A stretch of 57,794 bases of DNA, filler included, from Bipalium vagum (lineage: Eukaryota): the NCBI GenBank assembly GCA_037834085.1. It is 3 parts of 3 records of this genome, joined end to end, with 100 filler letters (N's around TTAATTAATTAA, not from the genome) between each part and the next. Parts side by side here need not be neighbours in the genome. Positions count along the whole stretch, not along the records: positions 39,590 to 57,794 come from JBBMKC010036450.1; 2 more parts are not named here. One strand, given 5' to 3'. This document shows positions 39,690 through 49,514 of the stretch, in pieces (position 1 is the first letter of the stretch; every line of letters starts with the position of its first letter). A program made the position numbers and the translations under genes. The notes beneath the pieces were generated by a model that made no database searches, was not told where the DNA came from, and saw nothing but the letters and a program-made list of their open reading frames with translations.

Positions 39690-39912
39690 ATTAATTTTTA
39701 CTAAAAATAATTTTAAATTCTAAAAGTTTCTAAAAATTACAATTAAAAAATTTTAGATGACACAATACTAGTTAAAAATTAGAAGTTGTTCCTAAAATAA
39801 TATTTTTAATTTAATTTTTAAAATTTATTTAATTAATTTGAATTAATAATTAATAATTAAGAAAATAATTTTAAATTAGCCAGCTTATTATTTAAATGTT
39901 ATTTTGACGCGT
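39690..39912 (-). repeat. Fragment homologous to the 42380-42655 part of the solo LTR
   Basis: Shared TGTTCCTAAA..TAATATTT..AAAATTTATTTAATTA..AATTAATAATTAATAATTAA..ATAATTTTAAATT.GCCAGC.TATTA blocks. Confidence 0.7.
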
Positions 39913-40689
39913 TTTCCTTCGAAGAAATTTGTGGCCATCCAATGCGGATTCCAACTCATTAAATACTATTCTGGTTAGACGACTAATCAGTCGTAGACCA
40001 GCTCGATTAATAGGGAATGTCAATTCCCTTTTTAGATAATAAATTTCTAAGTTGGTTCCTCCTTGCGGACTCTGATCTTAGGAATTTAGGTTCGCCATTG
40101 TCAAAATTAGATCCATTAAAAAAATAAATTGCTCTTTTTTTCTTTTTAATTAACTTCTAATTATTATTTTAATATTATTGTTATTATTACAATTCTGACC
40201 CTTTTGCAGTCTTACTAATTAATTAATTATAATTATAAATAATCTAGACCCATTTTCGATCTTTATCATTTACTTTGTATCAGGGTTAACAGGAATGTGT
40301 CCTTGGCTAACCTAACAAATAATTAAAATTTCTAATATTTATATTAAATACAAAGAACGCTTGAATCTTAAATGTGAGAATAAATACAACTATTGAAATG
40401 ATTTTCCATTTTTTAATGTTTGGTTTTTCTCATCCCAATTCAAGACTGAAGAAGGAATACAAAAACTCAAAATATGAATTTAGGAGGAATAGACATCTGT
40501 GACTCAGAAGAAATATGTTCACAAATTAAGGGTTCAAGATGGAAAGGTCTAATTCTAAGAAAAAAACACAGAAATACTGCCCAGATTCGTCGAAAAAATT
40601 TCCAAAAGAAATAGAAAAAGACTGGAAAAATTTTTTTACGACGTGAAAGATTTGTTGTACAAAATGAGAAGTCAAGATTATTGGTGATA

Positions 40690-40960
40690 ACACTGTCTTT
40701 TCCAAATTTTTATAATAGGTCTTTAACTTTGCTGAAAATATCTGTAGTTACCTATTTCTCAAATCCTGTAAGACATGTTCCATAATCATTGAAAGATAGC
40801 ACTAACCATTAACAGTCTCATGATGGATAAAAAAGGTAATAGTAAAATATTTTGAGACGTGCATTCATACCTTCACTTTCTTTGAATGCAGAAGAATTTC
40901 CTTTTTATCTTTAGCTGTGTATTCTTTAATTTTATCTAGTATCCAACCAAAAATTTCTCC
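40690..40960 (-). mobile_element. DD41D-type transposase fragment
   Basis: LLHSKKVKV*..FFIHHETVNG*CYLSMIMEHVL. Confidence 0.5.
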
Positions 40961-41159
40961 ATCTTTATTTTTATCAATCATTGCAAAATTTGCTATTGAA
41001 TTTGATGAATTCAATAGCTATTGTTTCGACCTCTGATGAACCTAATTTAATGCCACATTAGTAAAAAAATTTTTTAAAACATTGTTTTATAGATTTATAT
41101 TCTCATCTACTTTTGTGTCTTTAATTTATTTTTCAAAAATTATAATTAAGAAAATGCTT

Positions 41160-41575
41160 TAAAATGAGCATTTTACAATTCGAAAACGCTGATTTTTCTG
41201 TTTCTAGGTTCGTGTGGTGCCCATATTCCTGCTCTGTTTGTTTTTCTCATATCAGGTAAATGTCGAAGAATTGTTTCTCTATCATAATTGAGTTAATTAC
41301 ACAAGTCGTCTTTTTTCGAGATGAATTTTCTTCCACAGCAGTCTTAAAGCATACATATCTACAGTTGATTGCCTGCCAGATCTAGAGACATCTCGTAAGT
41401 CAAAATTATTTGAATCGTCTAAACCACCTCTAACATTTCCTCAGATCGAGAATATTTGGATAAATTTTTTTATTGATTTAATTGGTTCTGATGACGTCTC
41501 CCCATGGTTAAATTCATACAGTATACCATTGCTTATATGGTCTCTTGCTATTTTGTCTGTTATTTCCACAAATTA
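41160..41575 (-). mobile_element. Mariner N-terminal half remnant
   Basis: ILYEFNHG..RKC*RWFRRFK..DVSRSGRQ..ETILRHL..GIWAPHE. Confidence 0.85.
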
Positions 41576-41824
41576 AATGTTTGTTATGAAATTTCTATAA
41601 TAAAAAATTATTAATTACGTATATTTCATAAAATCGCCAAATTACAAATGATTTTAAAAAAAAATCTAAATTCAAATTAATATTAACTATAAAAAACTAG
41701 ATTACTTTTGAGAAGACTTAATACAGATGATATCTCTATAAAATCTTGTCTCACATATTTTAAATTTACAATATAATTATTATATATTGGATCAGTTACA
41801 TTTATTATTTTATTTTTATTCATA

Positions 41825-44076
41825 TAGTGGTGGAAAATATTTTTCTGACACTTGTAATTTTTGTGATTAAAGATGAATTAATATATGTTTGACAATCTTT
41901 AATATTTATTGTTTCCGCTTGCTAATTAGAAACTTATTATATATGTTGGCGCAAACCTACCCCTTAGCGTATCTGACCTTAATAAGGTTGCTATGGGCTT
42001 AACTATTGAGCTCGCACCCAAAAACACAAAAATAACTTCTCTTAAAATATATTAATAAAATGAGGTTAAGACCCTTTTAATTACAGCAACAAACTGCAAC
42101 AGGCAGTCACCTCAAACAAACTGCAACAATCGGCAATCAATCAATTTCCAACAAACTGCAAAGCAGTCACTCTTAATTAAAAAGCTGTGCCAGGGAAAAC
42201 CCTGGTCAGCAAGATGAAATCATCATTAAAAACCATACCTGTTTTGTCTGGCAATTTTCTGGGCGAAAAATAATGCATTTTCGCTGGCTTATATACTATT
42301 TTACTGTTCATTTTAGCGTCTCTGATTGACAAGTTAAGCTGTCAATCAAGGCGTATCTTCTATATTTAATTATTACTAAAAATAAAATGAATTTCTAAAA
42401 ATTAAATTTTTATAAATTCATGCTACTGACTAAAAATCAGTAGTTGGTACTATTTAAAATTAATTTTATTAAAAAGTATTATAATTTGATAATTTTTAAG
42501 ATAACGTGCTACTGATTAGAAACCAGTAGCTGTTCCTAAATAATATTTAAAATTTATTTTTCAAAATTTATTTAATTAGTTTTAAATTAATAATTAATAA
42601 TTAAAATGCATAATTTTAAATTGGCCAGCGTATTAATTAAACTTTATTTTTCGCCAAAAGTCTATTTACAGAGATTATAAGATAGGAGTCGAACCTCAAC
42701 ATATATCTAAATTTTGAAGACTTGTTTAAGTAATATATCCAAATTGTAATTTCTTAAATTTTATAAATTATTATTGAAAAAATTTTTTCTGACAGTAAGT
42801 AAATTTTTACTGATTATAGTTTTAAATAAAAAAGTTAGGTATGTATTCAAAGGAATTAAGAAATATTGTAATGTACAAACGTTCATTGGGTGAATCATAC
42901 AGACAAATTTACTTAGATTGGAATATGAAAAATAATGAAATTAAAACTATTATAACATACAAATTAAAGATTCACAAGCACAAGTGAGCACCAAAAATGA
43001 AGATAAAGAAACCTGATGCTCTAAATATCAGAGAAACCATATCAAAGAGGCTGATAATCACCACAAGGTTACATGTGCAGTTAACCAGTTTAGATGTGTC
43101 CAGGAGAACACTAAATAATTGGACGTTGAAGAATAACATGAGATATCGAAAGGTGGCACAGAAAATTATGCTTTCTAATAAACATAAATTGGAAAGAATT
43201 CGTTTGGTTTCACACAGTGGATTGGATAGAATACTGATTGGAATATAGCGATATTTATTTATCAAAAAAGGTTGAGTCTTGACGGTCCTGACAACTTGTA
43301 TTAAATAATTATTGATGTTTTAAAGACGTTTATAATACATAGACTTTCGTGTTTTAAGAGATGGGAAACATCTCCGCGTCAAAAAGGTCAATGTTAAGGT
43401 GAAATGATTATGATGTTGGGTATGACTATGCCAAACGGTCTAATTGGTTTTAAAATATTCGAAAGAAAACAAGACAGTGAAAAATACATTTGCCTTTTCA
43501 AAGACTTTGCTGTGCCCATTATCAATCTCAATTATCATGAAGGCTATTATGTGATTCAGGATAATTGTCCAATCCATGTTTCAAAAAATTTAAATTATAT
43601 TTGGAAACAATCTTTTCAAGTCCTGAATTGACCAGCAAGATCCCCAGATTTGAATATTATGGAAAATGTTTTCAGATATTGTGTATGATGAATACCAGCC
43701 TAAAGTTAGGCATGAATTGGTCAACAGAGTAAATAATGCTGTTGAGGAGATAAATACCACAAAGAAATAATTGTTATTGATTTATTAAGAAATTTTAGGT
43801 ACAGACTACCTAAAGTGCTAATATGTAAAGGAAATGTTATTAATTAATATTTATGTTATGATATAAATTTGTTTCAGTTAGTGTCAGAAAAAATTTTTCC
43901 ATTTAAAAATCAGTAAATTTAAAGATTTTATTTAAAGAAATCTCCGAAATCTAAATATTTATTAAGTATATTATTAGCATGCAAAAATTATAAATATCAA
44001 CAACTTTCAAAAATATATAATATTTTATCTTTTATCAAAAAAATTTCAAGTGTCAGAAAAATATTTTCCACCACTA
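41825..44076 (+). mobile_element. Tc1-family IR/DR-type transposon carrying a nested solo LTR; transposase disrupted (about 42841-43847)
   Basis: Perfect 30-bp outer TIR TAGTGGTGGAAAATATTTTTCTGACACTTG with TA TSD; inner repeats at about 42775 and 43878; SLDGPDN and IQDNCPIH...PARSPDLNIMEN. Confidence 0.93.
41944..42701 (-). mobile_element. Solo LTR (758 bp)
   Basis: TGTTG...CAACA inverted termini; 4-bp TSD TATA (41940-43 and 42702-05); TATATAA on the minus strand at 42289-95; non-coding; related copies at 26.6 and 39.7 kb. Confidence 0.8.
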
Positions 44077-44289
44077 TATTTATATTTCATTTCATTGAAT
44101 CAATAGTAATATTTAAAATTTTATTTTCTAATTGATTTTTAATTAAAGTAATTCCTTTATTAATAAATTACTTTATTACTTTTATTTTTATAATCATCAT
44201 AAAAATATGAAGAGTTGTTATATAAGTAAAGTTATTATTCATTTTGTAATTTTAACTATTCAAAAATAATATATTTTATCTCTTTTAAA

Positions 44290-45800
44290 ATATTTTGAAA
44301 TGCCTGCATATTGGGAAAACGAAGCTTGGTTTGCTCATCTGAGAAACCTTATTATTTTCCATTAAAAATTTAGCATAAAACAAACATGGTTAATTTTCAA
44401 CAATAAACTAAATCTGTTTCACTTTGAATATCAAATTTGTTATACTTTTTCATATGTTCTTTTAATATCAAGTTGAGGTAAGCAATAAGAAACAAAATAA
44501 CAGTTTTTAAAATATTCAACCCAATGAACTCCTTTTTAGATTTGTATCGTGAAAATTATTAATTAAAGGATATTCAGATTTTACTCTTTTTTCAGTAATC
44601 CAAACTCGCAGTAAGTCTTTTAAAGACATTTCTATCTATTAAATCAAAATTTTAAATTGCATTAATTTACATTTGTGTAAAAATTCTAAAAGTGAACTTG
44701 ATTTTATAATTTTGAATCGAGACTATTTATTTTTAATTTCATAATTATTTTCTCATAAAGATAAATGTATAGCCAACTTTCTTGTTTTACGATTTTAATA
44801 TTATCCTTAGAATTTTTTAATAATTCCTTTAGTTCTGTTCTATCTAATTTATCTATTTTTTATGTTTTAAACTATTTATAATGGTATTTCTTAATCATTT
44901 CCCAAAATACCGGTAAAAATATAATTCACCTTCTTCAAAGTATAAACCTGACACAGTTGCTACTTCTTTTGGTTTTAGTTTTTCAATTTCAATTTCTAAC
45001 TTCCTTTTTTCCACATCTATTTTTCGTGCTTCTTTTGATTTTTGTACAGCTGTAGCAATTCTACCATATGCTTCACTAACCGCATCTATGAAACAAATAT
45101 TGGTTCCAGAATGTAATAAAGGTAGAACTCATCCTTTTTAGTCTTCTGCTCCTTATTTTTCCTGTTTTATTTCATTAATTAATTTTTGAATTATAATGTT
45201 GCTTATCATTAAAAGTAATATATTTCGATTTTCCTATATCAATAATATTTTTAGAATTTTTCTTAAGTTATTTCAGTCATTTTTGTAGAAAATAATTTTT
45301 TATAATAAACTAAAAATTTTTTTTTGAACTTTATTGGTTGAATTAAAAAAATCTATTTTTCCAAAGAAAATGGAACATCTTTCATTCGAAAGAGCACTAG
45401 TAAGTTTCTATATTAAAGTCTACAGATTTTTCACATCTACCTTCGTTTTCGAGATTTTAAGGCTTGAATATTTAGAAACTTGCATAAGTAAAACACCAAT
45501 TATTTGTATCTTTTTTGAATCGAATATGATTTTTCAGTTAGATCTTTGTATGTGGTTTAATATTTCTTCAATACAATTTTAATAAGTATTTTATTCTTTC
45601 TAATTAAGCTATATGAAAACAAATTCGAAAATCAGTTATATATTTGTAGGTAAAACATTTATGAAATTTATTTTACTTCCAAAAGTTAGAGCATCTTAAA
45701 CCAATACATTTTCAACTCAATAGATTTTATAGGAAAAGAGTTATTAAAGTTAAAATATACCTTTTAAAGTCAAAATTCCGAAATAATGAATCTAGTTAGA
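44290..45800 (-). mobile_element. Decayed Polinton/Maverick-like segment with adenain-type cysteine protease pseudogene (about 44370-44630)
   Basis: Across frameshifts: LINNFHDT..KGVHWVEYFKNCYFVSYCLPQ..KYNKFDIQSETDLVYC*, fitting the adenain H..D..Q..C order (HWV, YFDSYG, IQ, CG). Upstream small ORF with VSGLYF..GILG; possible minor-capsid debris at 45330-45800. Confidence 0.6.
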
Positions 45801-46823
45801 CATTTTGGCTGAATAATTAAAAACTTCTGGATTCTCCATTAATTAATGGAAATATAAATATTCTTTTGGCAATGAAGAGACTCTGACTCCTATATAATGG
45901 AGTATCAGAATTTCTATATGAACACAAGAGAGTTAGTTAAAGTTAGTTAATGAATCGATCAAAAGGGACAAAAGAATTGGTCGGATGAAAAGTGGTTGAG
46001 CCCTGAGTGATTATTTGTTACGTTCATATTTCCTTTAGTAGTTAACAAATAAAATAAGTGTGAAGTTTATTATTTTTATTTCTGATCACATCGCAAAGTG
46101 ACCAAAATACAAACAGTGGAATCAGAGAGAGATAAATCAGGATAAAATTAAAATTTTTTTTAATATTCCTTTGAATATTAACAGAATTATTTGTCCTTCT
46201 GGATCAAGAAAACAAATTTAGGACAATGTTTTTTTACCCATTGCAATATTGTAGGTCAAATTAAAGACATTGGGTCATAAGCAGATCATTTTTCACACAT
46301 AGCATAAATTAAACTTATATTTAGATTATTTTATACAACAATTATCGTACTGAATTTTGTAAAAATATATTTTGATAAAATTCTATCTTATTAGGTGATC
46401 CAAAACAAATATTTCAGAAAACATGTTAAAATGTTTTCAATTTCTGGCAATATTTAATTGAAACTTAATAAAATAGTGAAAATTAGTTTTTTAAAAATAT
46501 TTTATTCAAATTTAAAATACAAACTGTTTTCAAATTTGAGTAAAAATTTTTATTACTCTCAAATTTATAAATTTAAAAAATTATTTTCATTAAATTCTTG
46601 AAGTCACTATTTCAAATCCTTTTAAGGCCTGAATTCCTATTTGCTCTTAAAAATGTTAATTTAATTTAAAATTATTTTTAAATTAATAAAAAATTATTAT
46701 TTAGGAAATGTTGATGAGAAATAACATTAAATTTAAGTCGAAATTCAAAAAACTGTTGTTTAAATTACCAATTTAATAAAAATTAATTTAAGTTCGCTTA
46801 TTATTAAAACAAACCAAATCAAT

Positions 46824-47231
46824 ATGAGCCCAATATCGTCTAAAAATGAGTTATCAATATCTGTCTTCATCGAAAAATTAAACAAAATAAAAGATAGAAG
46901 AGAGAGAAGAAAATTCGTCAAGAAATACCATAAGATCTACTATGTATATGTGCAAATGGTAACGAAGAAGGACTTTAGCTACCTAAAAGGATTTGAAGAT
47001 ATTTCGAAATATTTTCCTGGCGTCTTAATAAGAAAGAATGAGGAAACCCAAAATAAAATGGACATTGGAAAGCAGATATATGAGAATGGACATTTGATGA
47101 ATACTCCGATTTCTAATGATAAACATGAATTTGAAATGAATGAGGAAATGAGAATAACTCCACACAAGAACCATTGTGAAGTTTCAAGTGTTGATAGTGA
47201 AAAGATAACCTCTGGTTTCAAGAGCCCATAG
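46824..47231 (+). CDS. Orphan 135-aa ORF, unknown function
   Basis: True ATG, protein-like composition, distinct from very AT-rich flanks, AATAAA near 47303; no family recognised. Confidence 0.5.
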   Translation: MSPISSKNELSISVFIEKLNKIKDRRERRKFVKKYHKIYYVYVQMVTKKDFSYLKGFEDISKYFPGVLIRKNEETQNKMDIGKQIYENGHLMNTPISNDKHEFEMNEEMRITPHKNHCEVSSVDSEKITSGFKSP

Positions 47232-49514
47232 CGACGAGAAATCCAAAGAAATGCTTCGATAGCTTATCCGAATACTTTATAAAATTTCAATTTTTTAGAA
47301 TAATAAAATCTTTTTGTCTTTCTTTGGTGAATAATTTATATTTTGAAATAATTTAATAATAATAATAATAATAATATATTCATTACAATTGTCATTATCA
47401 GTGTTTATTCTAAAATATAAGACTAAGAAAATATGTTTTTGGATACATTTGATGGGTTCAAAACAAATTAGGAAAACAATCTAAATGGAACGATCTAAAA
47501 ATTTTTATGCAATGTTTCTTTCTGATATATACTTATATTATTTATTTATTTGAGAAGTAACAAAAATATGAAAAAGATATAAATAAAATTTTGCGAATAT
47601 AAGGTGAAAATTTTTGGAATTGTTTTTCTAATTCTATCTTTTCTTTTTATACATTACTTTTTAGGCTCTTACTTTTTTGCACAGTTGTATATATACTTAA
47701 CTGTGAAAAGGTTTTTAAAGGTTCTTATTAAACTAAAATGTAATTATCAATTTTTGATTATGAACACATTTGTTACAGATCAATTTTGTTTTTACTTTGA
47801 ATTTTTATTGAAGTTTATTTGTTCTGAAATACACACTATAAATTCTTCTGGTTTGCAATTATTTTGTTAAGTTGCCTACAGATCAAAATTCGATATTTTT
47901 AACTCCATAAAATCATTGCATTTTAGTAGAAACTTAAAAATTAATTTAAGCTCATATTTAAATAAATATTAAAGCAATATATTAAAATATTATGCTAAAA
48001 AGATGTTTTTGTAGTTCTAAAATTTCACTTCAAAGCTTCTTCGCTGCAATTTTATCTTTATCTGTTCTACTTCCATATCTATAATGCCATAAAAATTGGA
48101 TTTGTATTATAAATTTTATTAATAATAATACTTTCTTCTGTCGATTTTATTGATTTTAATTTAATTTAATTTTTATATTTAAAATTTCGAATTTTATCAC
48201 CGTCACGGAATTTTGAATTTATCTTTCAGCTTATATTTGAAATATTTTCAAGTTTATTTACTTTAACTTTTCGGGATTGGCTAAAGGCCTTGACTGCTTT
48301 GCTGAAGATCAAATAATATAAGAGATTAAATAGCCTAAACAAATTATTTTTAACATAACATAAAATCATGTTCAACATCCGTTGACAGCTTAAGGTTAAG
48401 AAATCCCCACTATTTATTTAGGGTAAATTAAAAGAAGGTTCAAATCCTCTCGTACGATCCTCATATTAGTGTCAAACAATGCAAATAATCAGATATTGTT
48501 AATAAGGTTAATTTTCAAAACGGGGAGGTTTTTTAACATTTTTATTACCGTAATGCATCTTTCATTTAGTTGGTTTCTTATACTATTTTTTTAAAAAATT
48601 GAGCAGAATTCATCCCTAACCTTAAAATCCATCTGTAAAACTCGTTAACTAGCAAGATAAAAATTGGCCAGAGTTCCGCAATTTTTCTTATTTTTTTATC
48701 GCTTTATTTTAAAAAGTTTGGCAGGTTCATTTGCAAACATCAATTTTCAAACACAACAATAAACAATTCATATCACAAAGGTATCATTTTTGTTTGGTTT
48801 AAATATTTTAATTTAAATGTAATTTAATGTTTTTAATGTAATTTTAAATATTTTCCATTCTCTGTGATTTTCATTATTTTTCTGAACTTTTCACTTTTGT
48901 TAATAAAATAACTTTATAAAAACTGATTTCATTTTAAATTATAATTAAATATCCAGTAATTAATTAATTTTTTGGCTAGTAACCACAAGAGTTTAAAAAA
49001 TTGTACCAGGTCAAAAATGTTGTTTGCATCATTCTTAAAATCTGAATTTTGTTTCAGCAAAAACGCTACTTTTAACTTAATTAAATATTCAAGCAAACAT
49101 TTATAAGGAATTTTTTTAATTAAAAAAATATTATAGCTTTATTTTTTTTATTTATTTTGAAAATATTATATAATGAAAAATTTATTAGTGAAATGAAGCA
49201 TTTATTTTATTTATAATTTAATATATTTTATTTTAATTAATAAAATATCTTGGTTGAGTTATTTTTTATATTTTCAGATAATTTTACTGAAAAAGAAAAA
49301 AATTAATTTAAAAAGTTAATTTTCAATAAGGAAAAAATGTTATTATCTGCAGCTGAAAAATGGTTGTTAATTAATTAGCTTTATCTAATTATATTTATTG
49401 AACTTTACAATATATATATGGTATATATTTAAATATTGTATAATGGTTTGATACGGACTTCCTTACATATGTATGTCTTCATATTATTAATACTTTAATT
49501 ATTTTAAAGTGTTT

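Noticed and set aside
42684-42697. tRNA gene suggested by GGTTCGACTCC
   Set aside because: No A-box or cloverleaf; it lies at an LTR terminus. No tRNA, rRNA or CRISPR array was seen in the window.
45835-45850. Perfect 16-bp palindrome TCCATTAATTAATGGA
   Set aside because: Plausible by chance in DNA this AT-rich; no supporting context.
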